Counted from the whole stretch's first letter, positions 1-12,165 are shown. The stretch: 63,006 nucleotides of DNA, filler included, from Nemertoderma westbladi (GCA_032718475.1; 4 parts of 4 records of this genome joined end to end with filler, not necessarily neighbours in it), one strand, 5' to 3'. Translations and numbers: made by a program. Notes: generated by a model not told the origin, from the sequence alone.

Positions 1-487
1 ATATACTTATATTTGTTGTCAGTCACTTTTTTTGTTAAGAGCAAAATTATGGTCGAATTACATTTCAAATTAATTTCCATGACATTAATAATAATCAATA
101 ATATTGCATTAAATATTATAATTTTTTTTAATTTCTTACATTACCTATTTTATTTATTTGTGTGGAATTAATATCGCACTACCAAATCGCCAGGACAAAT
201 TTAAGAAATTCCAACAAATAATTATTTATTACATTGGAAAAAAGTAGAACTTTTTTTCACTATTCTCGAGGCATTTTTAATACGTTAGTCAAATACTCTT
301 ACTGTGTATCTACTATCTATAATAATACAGTAATTATAATAGAACAACAAACCTTACCGCCTGACCGTATTATTTTATTTCTTCTTATATTTCTATCTTA
401 TATTTCTTATATTTCTTCTTATATTATCTCTTCCATACTGCCATAACTAGGCTTCCCTGTAAATATTGAAATAAATGATTAATATTG

Positions 488-628
488 ACTTGCGGCGAGG
501 TGTCCGATAATTTGCGGCGAAATGGCATTCACAGTGAGACACCCCGCCGCAAAGACACCTCGCCGCACATTATCTGCGGCGAGGTGACCTGCGGCGAAGT
601 GGCAGTGCGGCGAGGTGACCAACACCCT
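488..628. repeat. GC-rich short repeat with recurring GCGGCGA(G/A)GTG motifs in both orientations; probable end of a non-autonomous DNA transposon
   Basis: Several gcggcgaggtg/gcggcgaagtg copies and their reverse complement (cacctcgccgc) in AT-rich surroundings. Confidence 0.4.
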
Positions 629-676
629 TGGTTCTGTGGTCAGTTCAGTATGAAATGATGGGAACACCTCAATCGT

Positions 677-797
677 TTGTACTCTTTTGTACTTATTTTT
701 GCACTCTTTTGTACTATTTTTGCACTTTATTGTACTCTTTTGTATTCTTTTGTACTATATTGTACTATTTTGTATTTTTTTGTACTTTTTTGTACAA
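677..797 (+). repeat. Low-complexity tandem repeat of about 10-11 bp (TTTTGTAC-like)
   Basis: Repeated ttttgtac/ttttgcac/ttttgtat units; these generate the spurious F/Y/C-rich ORFs. Confidence 0.85.
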
Positions 798-1089
798 ATT
801 CGTCGGACCCTCTATATTCTATACTACTATATGCCTATCAGCCTATTGCAGTACTGTACCGGTAGTCATGTAGTATTGAAATTATCATTCACTTATGTCA
901 GTTCAGTCCAGTAGTATGTACAGTACGGATGCCGGACGGTACCATACCTACTCTACTCATTAAACTGTTATTTGATTGCGACGTTTTCTGTTCTTGATAT
1001 ATTCGCATATAAAACATTAAAACTTACAGGCATAACTTAATTAAATTAAAATTTAAAATAAAACTTTAAAAATTAATTGGAAACCTGCG

Positions 1090-4000
1090 ATGAGTCGAAG
1101 GAATAAAGGTGGAGCGAAACAAGCTGATGAAAGGGATTACGACATAACTTATCCTCCGAATGTAAAGCCCATTAGTGCGAGTTTAAACACAGAGGAGTTG
1201 TACACCAGACTGAAGAACTGCTGTAAACAACTGTCCGAACTAAGTCAGGATGTTACAAACATACTCTACCAACCATTGGCGTGGCACCTATCGGAACCTG
1301 CGTTTCTTTCTCACAAAGATCGCAAGGTTCAGCTGCTGACAGCGTGCGCTCTGGCGGATATCCTGAGAATCTTTGCGCCGGATGAACCATTCCAAGATGC
1401 TATTCGCATTAGGACGATACTCAATCAGTTTATTGTCATAATCTCTCGTATAAAAGACACAAACAATCCGTCTTTTGATCGATACTTTTATTTACTGGAG
1501 GCCGTCAGCCAAGTAAAGACTTTTAATATTGTTTGGTCTCTCGATGAAAAGTCTAGCCAAGATGTGATTGAGAATTTATTTGACATGGTCTTTAAGACTT
1601 ACAGCTCGGAGCACTCTAACAAGGTTCGTTCCTACTTCCTCGACTTACTGCAACACATGATCGTTGAGAGCGATTCTGTCAGTCAGCCGGTACTCGATAT
1701 AATCCTCCAGCAGCTGTTGCTAGCGGCGGGTGACGCTAGTCGCAGTCTGGCAGCCGACCTGGTCCGTCGCACCGCCGGCGTCCTAGCCTCCTGCATCAAC
1801 ACAATGTTCGATCAGATAGCCTTCGGTCTGCAGGAGCACACGGATGAGGCTGGAAGCGTGCTCACCCAGGACCAGATGTACGAGTGTATCATCGAGCTGT
1901 ACGATATCTCCCCCGGGGTTCTCACCACCACCCTCCCGCAACTCGAGATTAAGTTAAAGGTCCCGGAGCTAAAGGAAAGACTTCGGGTCTTTAAGGTACT
2001 CTCGACTATCTTTTGTAAAAAAGACTCTAATTTAGCGGAGGAGAATAAGCCGCTTTGGAAGTGTTTCCTGGGTCGGTTCCGCGATATATCGGCAATGGTT
2101 CGCAAGGAGATGACATCATTCGCTGCGCGGTGTCTCATCGCCCATCCGGAGTTGCTGCCGGACCTGGAGCCGGAGTTGGTCGGTCGCAATGTGGACCCCG
2201 ATGAGTCGGTGAGGTTGGAGCTCGCCAGCACAATCGTAACCGTCGCCAAACGCAACCTCTACGCAATCAATGCCAACATCCTGGGCCTCCTGGTCCAGCG
2301 CAGCCGTGACACCAAGTGGAAGGTCCGCTCGGAGGCTTGTCTGGGTCTCGGGCTCATCTACAAGCGGAGTCAACACAACCCGGTGGCTCCCAGCACTCCG
2401 GAACACACGGAACTACTCGAAGCTGTCAACAACGTCAAGAACCAACTCCTCGGTCTCTACCGCTGTGAGAATAATGACGACCGGATTCTCATCGAGAGGA
2501 TCTTCTGCACCTCCTTGGTTCCTTACAGCCTCGGCGAAGTGGAACGTATGGAACGTCTGTTAGCGTTCCAATCCGCCCTCGACGAATGCGCCTCCAAGTG
2601 TCTCAATCAGATATTCCAGATCCAGAGTCGCGTTCGTTACCATCTGCAGGCGTTGCTACGGTTCCTAGGCAACGCGGAGGGCTCCCAGGCCAACCACCAA
2701 GTAAAGACGTGCGTCCAGTCGCTGGCGGGATTCTTCCCTGAGGCGAATCGCGCCCAGGAGCACCTCAAGAAGCTCTACGTGCAACTCCAGTCGGACAAAC
2801 AGATGTCCAAGAATCTGGATGTTCTGGTCTCCCCTCAGTGCACCTGTAAGATGGCGGAGAACGCGATCCGAGCTGTGTGCGTCCGCATAGGGGATGGACT
2901 CAACCCCACGCCCTACTACGAGTTGATACGGACGTTGTTGGAGCGGGTCGCGCCACTGATGTTGGACGTAGAGTCGATGACGACGTTGGTGCGACTCGTT
3001 CACTCCCAGATCAAACCCAACGGGAGCCAACCGGAGGAGCACAGCCGTGGCGTCGTCGAACACATCCAGTTCATTCATCGTCTCGCCTCCGCCAACCCCC
3101 ACATCTTCCTCCATCGGGACACCTTCGTGACCCTCACCGTCTGGCTGGTCTCCTCCGACCTGCTCGTCTCCCGGACAACCCTTCGGATATTCGCGTCGAT
3201 CGCCGCCGTTGTCGGACGTGTGATGGACGCGGGTACCGTCGGGTTGCTGTTCCCGCGACTTCAGTCCAAACTCCTAGGCAGCGACGATAAAGCCAGCAAG
3301 TATGCCGTCCAGTGCTTCGTTAAGCTCTGCTCCACCAAAGGTGAGGAGATTCTAGAACGTATATACATGGGGCTTAAAGATAAATTGGATTACAATAATC
3401 CAAATTTATTAGCTCATCTATCCGCGGTTGGCCACATCGCCTACTACGTACCGCTGAAGGTTCACAATATGAAAAGTTTAGTTACTAACAACTGCGTGAA
3501 AGGAATCCTTATGAAAGACAGAAGGACAAATCCACCGGTTATTGCCGAGGGGGAACTAGTTAAATGGGTGGAGAAGGGCGACTTGGATATCGAGTACAAA
3601 GCCAAGATACGGAGTATGAAGCTGCTAGTACTGTGGTTGTTGGGGTTGAAGGACGGGACCCACGTGAATCTCATGCCGACGTTTCGGTTGCTCACCACGC
3701 TGATAGTGAACCACGGGGACCTGATGGAGACGGGACTGGTGGCCCCCTGGGAGGCTGCCCATCTGCGGATGGCCGCGGGGAAGCAGTTGCTGCGTCTAGC
3801 GGGGGAGCCCTGCTACGAGAGCCATCTGCACCCGCTGCAGTGGTGCAAACTCGCCTACCTCGTCACCGACGACTACCTACAGGTCCGCACGCAGATACAG
3901 TCCCGTCTCTACCGTCTGCTAACCTTCCAACCCTACCTCCCGCTCCGATACATTGCGCTGTTCGCCTACGCGGTCTTCGATAGGAACCCCACCCGGGTCG

Positions 4001-6006
4001 ACACGTGTAAGCGGATAATTGAGCGGATGTTTGCGTTGCGACGTGCCCAGTTGCGTCTCCAAGCGGCAACAACCGCCGACGAGATGGCGGAACTTCTCCC
4101 GGACTACGTCGTCCCGCATCTCGTCTACCTCCTCGCCCACGACGGACAGCTGGACGACCCCTTAACCTCCGCCGATCGACTCATCCTTCTACGGAAGTGT
4201 GTCGCCCTCATTCTGGATCCATTAATCGCCGCCGACACCTTCAACTTCAGTTTCCTCATGAAGATGGTTGACAACATAAAGCATTGCAAGGACGTTAATG
4301 ACCCCGATAGCGAAGTTGATAACGCCAAATTGTACGCCGTTTGTGATCTAGTTAGTCATCACGTACAGTTGAAATCGTCGCAGCATTCTAGCATAGAGTA
4401 CACCGGTGACCCGATGTTACCCAAGTACCTCTACACGCCGGTTGACCGGAAACGTTCCAACAACGCCTTGTATCTTCCCCAGAGCATTATCGACCAGTTT
4501 ACTGAGGAACTTAGGAAGAGTAAGAAGTTACCCGAAGGGGGTCTGCTTCCCGCAAAGACGGCGTCGTCTCCCGTTCTAAATACAGATAGGAAATCCTCCA
4601 AGAAGTTGGTTTTTTCGAAAAAACCGTCAACTAAACAGCTATCGAAATCGGCGTCGACTTCTTCACAAACTTCAAATACCGAACCAAAGAAATCCGTCGC
4701 ATTGAAATCGCCGCGACAATCAACGTCCGCCGATGTGACGACGGCAAGGAAACCCGAATCTAAAAGGATTCGATCCGGAGCAACAAAACCGCCATCGCCT
4801 ATAAAGGTAACCGTAGTGCCTGAAACTCAGCCCGATGTGAAACCTGCTGACCAAAAGAAAACTACGCGTTTAAATAAGGATCGCGATATTACTCTGGTTA
4901 TAGGGGATAAAAACAAGGTAGAGAGGGCCAAGAAATCTAGCACCCCGAAAGTGGAAAAGCCTGCGAAAACGAAACTAGGAAAATCTAAAGCGACAGTTGA
5001 ACAACCAACTGCGATAGATAAAGAACCAACTGCGGTAGATAAAGAACCAACTGCGGTAGATAAAGAACCAACTGCGATAGATAAAGAACCAACTGCGATA
5101 GATAAAGAACCAACTGCGGTAGTTAAAAAACCAACTGCGGTAGTTAAAAAACCAACTGCGGTAGTTAAAAAACCAACTGCGGTAGTTAAAAAACAAACTG
5201 CGGTAGTTAAAAAACCAACTGCGGTAGTTAAAAAACCAACTGCGGTAATTGAAAAACCTTCATCGTCAAAGGGAGAGGAAATATCGCGATCGCAGGTTGA
5301 GAAACTTCCTAAGTCCCCTTCGACTCGTAAAACCGCTCGATCTATTCGGACGGAGTCCATGAGTCCTGCCGAGTCAAATAGTTCGAAATCGAAACGGTTA
5401 GCGAATCGGCGTAAATATCCGAGCCCACCGCCGCTGCCGTCGCAGGAATCTGTTACTACCGTGACCGCTGAGTCGGATTCCGGAGTGTCCGGGACACCTA
5501 GTGACCGCGTGAACAGTAGGAGTCGGTTGCTCGGTAAGACCATGTCCCCCGGGAAGGAGAATAAGTTGGGTTCCAGCGACCGAGTGACGTCTCTGACCCC
5601 AGAGATCATCCCTCCGTCGCCAGAAACCCGTTCCCGCAGACGCACCCTGCCCGTTTGTAAACCGCAGGATTTCCTCAACGAGATGGGAGCTATCGATATC
5701 GCGAAAAATTCTAAGGTCGATGGAATTGTTTCGCGAGTTTCAAAGTCGTCAGAAACAGTTAAAACCCTCGACGTCCGTCGAAATAAGCGTCAGTTAGATT
5801 GGGCGGATAATCGTTCGCCCGAGTCCACGGAAGTTGGTAGTTTACAGACTAGACGATCGCCCCGTAAGCACAAACTCGAGGAAGATGTTCTGGACTCGTC
5901 CGTCGATATGTTGCCTAAGAAACAAGCGAATTTACGGGAGTCTAAGATCGCGGAGGCTAGCTCTAGTAAGCCAATTGCTTCTGTTCGTAGACTACGCAAA
6001 CGATAG
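1090..6006 (+). CDS. PDS5: Sister chromatid cohesion protein PDS5 homolog (HEAT-repeat cohesin regulator), single exon, 1638 aa
   Basis: Recognisable PDS5 blocks: ITYPPNVKPIS, FLSHKDRKVQLLTACALADILRIFAPDEPF, LWKCFLGRFRDI, RDTKWKVRSEA, LRMAAGKQLLRLA, LLPDYVVPHLVYLLAHD, KLYAVCD; long K/S/P-rich disordered C-terminus; uninterrupted 4.9-kb ORF. Confidence 0.96.
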   Translation: MSRRNKGGAKQADERDYDITYPPNVKPISASLNTEELYTRLKNCCKQLSELSQDVTNILYQPLAWHLSEPAFLSHKDRKVQLLTACALADILRIFAPDEPFQDAIRIRTILNQFIVIISRIKDTNNPSFDRYFYLLEAVSQVKTFNIVWSLDEKSSQDVIENLFDMVFKTYSSEHSNKVRSYFLDLLQHMIVESDSVSQPVLDIILQQLLLAAGDASRSLAADLVRRTAGVLASCINTMFDQIAFGLQEHTDEAGSVLTQDQMYECIIELYDISPGVLTTTLPQLEIKLKVPELKERLRVFKVLSTIFCKKDSNLAEENKPLWKCFLGRFRDISAMVRKEMTSFAARCLIAHPELLPDLEPELVGRNVDPDESVRLELASTIVTVAKRNLYAINANILGLLVQRSRDTKWKVRSEACLGLGLIYKRSQHNPVAPSTPEHTELLEAVNNVKNQLLGLYRCENNDDRILIERIFCTSLVPYSLGEVERMERLLAFQSALDECASKCLNQIFQIQSRVRYHLQALLRFLGNAEGSQANHQVKTCVQSLAGFFPEANRAQEHLKKLYVQLQSDKQMSKNLDVLVSPQCTCKMAENAIRAVCVRIGDGLNPTPYYELIRTLLERVAPLMLDVESMTTLVRLVHSQIKPNGSQPEEHSRGVVEHIQFIHRLASANPHIFLHRDTFVTLTVWLVSSDLLVSRTTLRIFASIAAVVGRVMDAGTVGLLFPRLQSKLLGSDDKASKYAVQCFVKLCSTKGEEILERIYMGLKDKLDYNNPNLLAHLSAVGHIAYYVPLKVHNMKSLVTNNCVKGILMKDRRTNPPVIAEGELVKWVEKGDLDIEYKAKIRSMKLLVLWLLGLKDGTHVNLMPTFRLLTTLIVNHGDLMETGLVAPWEAAHLRMAAGKQLLRLAGEPCYESHLHPLQWCKLAYLVTDDYLQVRTQIQSRLYRLLTFQPYLPLRYIALFAYAVFDRNPTRVDTCKRIIERMFALRRAQLRLQAATTADEMAELLPDYVVPHLVYLLAHDGQLDDPLTSADRLILLRKCVALILDPLIAADTFNFSFLMKMVDNIKHCKDVNDPDSEVDNAKLYAVCDLVSHHVQLKSSQHSSIEYTGDPMLPKYLYTPVDRKRSNNALYLPQSIIDQFTEELRKSKKLPEGGLLPAKTASSPVLNTDRKSSKKLVFSKKPSTKQLSKSASTSSQTSNTEPKKSVALKSPRQSTSADVTTARKPESKRIRSGATKPPSPIKVTVVPETQPDVKPADQKKTTRLNKDRDITLVIGDKNKVERAKKSSTPKVEKPAKTKLGKSKATVEQPTAIDKEPTAVDKEPTAVDKEPTAIDKEPTAIDKEPTAVVKKPTAVVKKPTAVVKKPTAVVKKQTAVVKKPTAVVKKPTAVIEKPSSSKGEEISRSQVEKLPKSPSTRKTARSIRTESMSPAESNSSKSKRLANRRKYPSPPPLPSQESVTTVTAESDSGVSGTPSDRVNSRSRLLGKTMSPGKENKLGSSDRVTSLTPEIIPPSPETRSRRRTLPVCKPQDFLNEMGAIDIAKNSKVDGIVSRVSKSSETVKTLDVRRNKRQLDWADNRSPESTEVGSLQTRRSPRKHKLEEDVLDSSVDMLPKKQANLRESKIAEASSSKPIASVRRLRKR
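5005..5256 (+). repeat. Coding 21-bp minisatellite in PDS5: 12 x 7-aa units (PTA[I/V]DKE, then PTAVVKK)
   Basis: ccaactgcg(a/g)tag(a/t)taaa(g/a)aa repeated in frame. Confidence 0.95.
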
Positions 6007-6431
6007 TTCTCTTAGGATCGTAAATACTTATTCTCCCCACTGTAATTATTATTACCGTTGATTATTTTGTTTTCTATATAAAAGTATTTAGTCTCGAATA
6101 TGGATAAGTAAATAGGTAGGTTACTTTTTAGTTTGTGTTTGTTTAAGCTGTACAATTGACTCAATAAGATGATATTAGCTGGGATCCAGGCAGTAAACAA
6201 TCCATTATTGTATATATTCCTATCGCAGTCACCCCATAAACTGAGTCTCCCACTGATATTGTCAGTTATTCGCATTTTATTACTTGTTTATTTTATACTT
6301 TTGCCCAGTGATGTTGATACCCGTAGTTGTTTTTCTATGTTGTTGAATAATAGTTGGATGTCTTGAAGAACTAATTATCATCAACAAATTACGAGCTTAA
6401 TTAATTATATATAGGTAGTGATGTAGGCGAC

Positions 6432-6697
6432 AATCCCCGTTTTCGATGTAGCAGCGAGGTCGCAGCGGCACCTAGCTAGCTACACGTAGTGGCTCGCACC
6501 CGATTCAAAAGCGGTCTAGTCGCTATGTGAACTGTGCAGCTCTGAGAGCAGCTACGTGCCGCTGGGAATATTTTCCAATTAGCTGCAAACGAAGAGCATA
6601 AAAGGGTGACGGGAAGCTGCAATGCCGCTAGGCGTTTTCGAGTTAGCGGCAGCGTTAGTGCCTCTGCGGCCCCGCAGCTAAATAGAAAACGGGGATT
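6432..6697. mobile_element. MITE with imperfect terminal inverted repeats of about 40 bp
   Basis: aatccccgttttcgatgtagcagcgaggtcgcag ... ctgcggccccgcagctaaatagaaaacggggatt; TSD not clean. Confidence 0.6.
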
Positions 6698-7332
6698 CAA
6701 CTGCAATACTTTTGAAGTCCTTAGTTATACATGGTATATTATTATTTAATTGGCATAATTTACATCAATTTATATTACGCAAAAGTTAAAACCTTTAAAA
6801 AAGTCATGACCAATTGATAAAATATGATTGTTGGTCGGGTCCTTTTTTTCACATATTTATGCCGTGGATGTTAATTAGGATAACATTAGTACTAATTTGT
6901 ATCGGAAGTTTTTTTAAATTTCTTTGTTGAAATATTTGAGTTCACATTTTATTTAAGCAATTGTACCGTAACCGTAACATTTAATCGCAGCTGGCTGATT
7001 ACTTCATCGCCTGCTAAAAATTCCGCCTGGGTGGAAAAATGCGAGTAAATCTACAAATTAAGTTTGAATTGGAACCTAAACTCTACACAGTTATCCAATA
7101 AATCTACTGTTATGTATAAATTATACATAATATATATAATTTTTATTATTTCCAGTAATACTTATTATTGAATAAATAATATTATAATGTTTCATTATTT
7201 ACTATTAGGAATGCGGATACGGTAGTACCGGTAGTGAAGCTGAATGCGAAATGAAATATTTTAATAAAATCATCAAATTATCACTATTAGATCTAGGTAT
7301 ATGCCCCGCCCCTGTCATACCATGTTGTATAT

Positions 7333-9398
7333 GGGTCAATAAGCTTAAAAGTGGCCAATGGTTTGTCCGGAAGTTACGATATAATTTTAAATGCTTTAAT
7401 TTATTCGTATATAATAAAGTTATATATTATTTTGTAGCTAATTTATTTGCGCAGCTTACGCACTAAAAATTATCAAAATCTGTCCAGGCATTCAAAAGTT
7501 ATGCCCCATCAAAGACTGAAATATCGTGAAAATCAGTTGTCCCTTACATGACACGACCACAAACAACTGTAAATTTTATCACCCCAAGTGGCAAATATAT
7601 AGGAAACCCTATATATTGTTGGGAAGCTTAGATGTTTTGCTTTCTTTTCCGATTTATTTCAGGCCATAATATTCATGTTGAACCATTTGAGATCGATACA
7701 TAAAATGGGCATGTATTTCTCAATTTTTGTGTCACATCTGTAACATTTACATCTAGAATCTGAAGTAGTAACTTTGGGTTTTCAGTTTTGATATATTTAG
7801 AATCAACAGGGTTTCTATCATATATAGGCCAAATATCACATACAAAGGACAAGGTCATCTCATTTGGGAAGCATTTATGTTTAACAAAGTCAATATAGAA
7901 AGCATAAACGTCCATATCTGTAACGCTACAAATGTGGCCATAGATTTTGATAATATTAATCTCATACAAGAATAATGGTACGTGTTGAAAGGCAATTTTA
8001 ATTTATACCGCATTAACCCCAAGAGTTAATGTGATAAATAAACACCTATAATGTATGGCGGTGGTAAGCGATTTTGTCAACCATCTGTAACGCGTCACCT
8101 TTACAGTGCAGTGCGTTACAGATAAGGGATGTCTCATCTGTAACGCATTACATAACCAGTTATCGATGCGTTACAGACTGTAGGTTTTCAGTCATATCTA
8201 TATGACAGTCCTATCTGTAACGGAGTGTCATCCTGAAATACAATAAGGCATCACTGACAATATTTGAATGCCTACGCGTTTGATACGTTCTTCGTCTTCA
8301 TACTGACATCCTAACTGCTCATGGTAATGTGGTAGTGTAAGATGGGTAAGTGAAAAACGCGGATCCGGATCGGTACCCGGATTTTGAGGTTAAAACGCGG
8401 ATCCGGATTTTCATGAAATCCGGAAATGAGTGCAAAATGCGAATTCAAGCTAATTTTCATTGTCAAGTGTTACTGGATCCCGTAAGGGGAGTAAAACGCG
8501 GATTCGTGTTTATCTCTATCCGGGAAGAGGTGATTGTGGATTCTGGGGAGTAAGTAAAGCGCATATTAACTTCACATATGAAATTGTATGAATCCAGAGC
8601 TTCTGGAGATTATAAATTACTCTAATGATTAAATACTCATAGCATATAAAAGGCCTATATTTTACTATCAATTTCTAAATTGGCTTAACATCACTTACTG
8701 ACTTTCATGACGGGCTTGTGCACTACTTATATTATTGTGATTAAGTTTAGTCAGATCCGTTTATTGGATGAGGTAATGGACGTCTCTGAATCAGTTGCAG
8801 AGAAACGCCAGGGAGCGGTTAAATAAGTACAGAGAACCAATTGACCGCCGGCGGTTGTTTTTGAGTATTTTAAACAAGCATATAAAAAGCGGCGCGGTAG
8901 GGAAAATTAAACACGGGACAAAAATCGTGTAAAACAAGATTATCGGTTACACAGAAAAATGTTAATGAAAAACTTATTCTATTTATTGGAAATCATGTGT
9001 ATTAAGTACATATAATTTAATGGATGCGATGGTTATGGGCAGATATCGCTGTTTGTTACAGATGTTTGTCCAATAAATTACCTTATTGTCGAAGCAATAA
9101 GTTATAAATACTGCAAAATCCATATAACATAATTACCGTTACAGATGGCCGTTACAGAGGTTTGTCTCATAAATGTCATCACTGTAATGCGTTACAGTGG
9201 TAGACAAAAACGTTACAGATATGACATTAGTTTTTGCCATATATCTCCCTTTGAGCGGCGCGTTATGCTCTCCCTCTACCATCATGAGATTCGCCATAAA
9301 ATTATCTTTTGAATGGTGTATGGTATGGCACTAATTTCCGACAAAAATTTTTCAGTCAATTTGTACCCCTTTTTGGCCACTTTTAAGCTTATTGACCC
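7333..9398. mobile_element. Non-autonomous DNA transposon, 26-bp perfect TIRs, 4-bp ATAT TSD (Sola-like)
   Basis: ATAT|gggtcaataagcttaaaagtggccaa ... ttggccacttttaagcttattgaccc|ATAT; internal catctgtaac/gttacagat subrepeats; no transposase ORF. Confidence 0.8.
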
Positions 9399-9636
9399 AT
9401 ATGTATTATGTTGTGTTTATATAATATTGTCAATCTTAACAAATGGTTAGGCACCACTGTTAACGTATTTTTCATTAATAATAATAAAAATATTATAATA
9501 ATACTACCTGTTAATATGCAATAAATATTTTCATTTTAATGAAATTTTCTATTAGATAAAAATAATATTTACATTACATACTGTGACGTACTAAGTTATT
9601 GAAAATAAAGATACGATGTAATAAAGCTCTGCTTAA

Positions 9637-10007
9637 TTGAGCTCTGCTCGAGTTCCTGCAGCTATTGTTAGTTTGTTTGTGGCTGGCTGGCTGGCTATGT
9701 TTGTGGCAGGAATGTTTGAAGTCGGTCAATCTTGGATGAAATGGAACCAAACTTGGTACACGTGTAGACTATCAAAAGTTTTGAAATTCTACACTCAGAC
9801 AGACTTCTATAGTTCCTCTGTCTGCCGCTAGGGGTCGAATTGACAGAAACGTAAAAGTAGATGTAATTATAGAACCAACCAATAGATTCATATGAAATTT
9901 GGTAGTAGTAACCTACGGCTACGAGCATTGCTTAATTATAAATTCTACACACAAACAGACTTTTACAGTTCCTATATCTGCCGCTTGCGGCCGAATAGAG
10001 CTCCAGT
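9637..10007 (+). mobile_element. Helentron/DINE-1-like (HINE) non-autonomous element
   Basis: gagctct...agagctc sub-terminal inverted motif, (gttt)/(ggct) microsatellite near the 5' end, 3' hairpin gccgcttgcggc; shares aaccaaacttggtacac(g/a)tgtag with 13111-13133. Confidence 0.5.
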
Positions 10008-10119
10008 TGATCATTATTAGCACGGTGAAATTATTTTTGTTTTGTTTGAATATATGCATTGAAATCATAAAACATATATAATACCGGTATGTATTATAGT
10101 ATGTAGTTTTGATATTATT

Positions 10120-10270
10120 AGTTCCTATCTCCGTGTTTATCAATATGTTCCTACCTCTATGATTATCACTCTTCCTACCTCTGTGTTTATCAATATGTTC
10201 CTACCTCTATGTTTATCAATCTCTTCCTACCTCTGTGTTTATCAATATGTTCCTACCTCTATGTTTATCT
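10120..10270 (+). repeat. Tandem repeat of about 26-27 bp (ttcctacctct[g/a]tgtttatcaat)
   Basis: About six visible copies immediately beside the RTE tail. Confidence 0.85.
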
Positions 10271-12165
10271 ACTACTACTACTAGGATCGGCATGCTGCAT
10301 TTGCAGCTGCATTTTTAAGAATGCTGTGCCGGCTTTTTGACAAAATTGCACCGCCACAACTCCCTATCACCCATGACATTTACTAGATAATCCGCATCTT
10401 CAAGGCCAGTGTCCTTTAAGATGCGTCTCAAGAAAGTCATGGGCTCTCCACCATGCTTATTCACTCCATGAGGCTGCCAAAGTACAAGATTATGCACTGG
10501 CTGGTCCTCACGGCGAAAGAAATGTCCTGCAAAGCGGAGGCGATTTTGTTCTAATGTCAAGCTTGGGGAACCAATGAGACACCTCCAATGTTATATAGTG
10601 TCTGGTTGGAGATGTGTGCATTGTACTTGACACAATGAACCCGGCGTAGCATTCTTGTGAATGTGCCATCCAGAGATTTGGTGTCCTCAGCAGTTAGAGC
10701 CCAGCATGGACTCCCATAGAGGAGTACTGGAACTACTGCTGCTCTAAATAATCGGACCTTAAGTTTCCGATTAATTCTCGGTGACTTCCAAATCCTGGAA
10801 ATCTTATTCAAGGCTGCCCATGCCTTTTCCCTTACGTATTCGAAGGTCCTCACCTGACTTCTGGATCCATGATCCCAGGTAACAGAAGTCGTCCACATGC
10901 TCAAGCATACCATTCTTTGAGCTTATGCACATACGATCAGATATTTCCTGAGGACTTTCAAAATTAACTTTTAATATTTTGGCCTTCTTGGAGTTAACAA
11001 AACGACCACCACTTGAAGCAGCGTGTTCTAATGATCTGAGGAGCCGTTGGGCTCCCTCTAGTGATTATGAGAGTACTCCTAAGTCATCAGCAAAGTCTAG
11101 ATCAGTTAGGTACTTGGCAGGATTTCCTCGACTTCTGGAGCCAGTAGGTGGAGTTATCATCACCCCATCATCATTATGATGATCTAAGGACATGCGTAGA
11201 ACATAGTCAACCACAATTAGGAACAAGAATGGTGCAAGTGTGTCTCCCTGGAGGACGCCCCATAACACTTCAAATGGTTCTGTGTCACCGTCAACAGTAG
11301 ACATACATGTTGTCGAACCATCGTATAGGCCTACTGATCTAATTGCTGCAATAATTTCATCAGGAATCCAATATAATGAAAGTATGCTGAACATACGTGA
11401 GCGAGAGACTGAATCAAATGCCTTGAAGAAGTCAACAAAGATAACAGCCAGATCCCTGTCTTTCTTTTTTGATAACTCTTCAATTATCCTTCTAAGTGCC
11501 AACATGGGCTACATGGTCCCACGACCTTTACGGAACCCATTCTGATTTCCACGGAGCAGTCTCTCAATGGGATCCCTGATGCGATTTAATATAATTCTAT
11601 TGTATAGCTTTGCAGCAATCGAGATCAATGAGATTCCCCGAAAAGAACCATAGAGTGTTAGGTTGCCCTTCTTGGGAACTGGCACCAACTTATTTGTTTT
11701 CATTTCTTGGGGGACTCTTGTTGATCGGTACATGTCTACTATGATGGGATAGATAAGCTTTAAATACTCAGGTGTTTTAATGACCTCAGGGGGAAAACCA
11801 TCTGCTCCACTTTTGCACGATTGGTCTTAATGCTCTTTGCAGCAGCCTTCACTTCTGCAAAGGAGATATCGCCAATGGGAATATCTGGGAGTACGACTCA
11901 GACACTTTTACTTCTATAAAGCTATCAGGCAATACCCTGTCATTATTGAGGAGCTTTCCAAAGTGGGACTTCCAACCATTGAGGCGATCGGCTTGTGATT
12001 TAGCCTTAACCTTGGTGGATGGTTGTCTTTTCGGCCCAGTAAGCAAGTTGATCGATTTCCATGCCTGGGATGATTGCCTGCTGTCATCAGCATCATTGAT
12101 GGCATCAACCTGTTGGTTTATTAGCTCCTGTAAATTAACAGAGTACTGCCTGTTCAGGCACCTAG
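10268..12165 (-). mobile_element. RTE-clade non-LTR retrotransposon (family 1), 5'-truncated and frameshifted
   Basis: RT motifs LVPVPKKGNL, NQNGFRKGRGT, FVDFFKAFDSV, GVLQGDTLAPFLF, LDFADD, LLYGSPCWALT, RLRFAGH; (TAG)n 3' tail. Confidence 0.92.

Noticed and set aside
628-914. Three overlapping F/Y/C/L-rich ORFs
   Set aside because: Translations of a TTTTGTAC low-complexity repeat
1812-5999. Antisense and alternate-frame ORFs inside PDS5 (e.g. 4827-5678, 283 aa)
   Set aside because: Shadows of a GC-rich coding strand and the 21-bp repeat; no independent motifs
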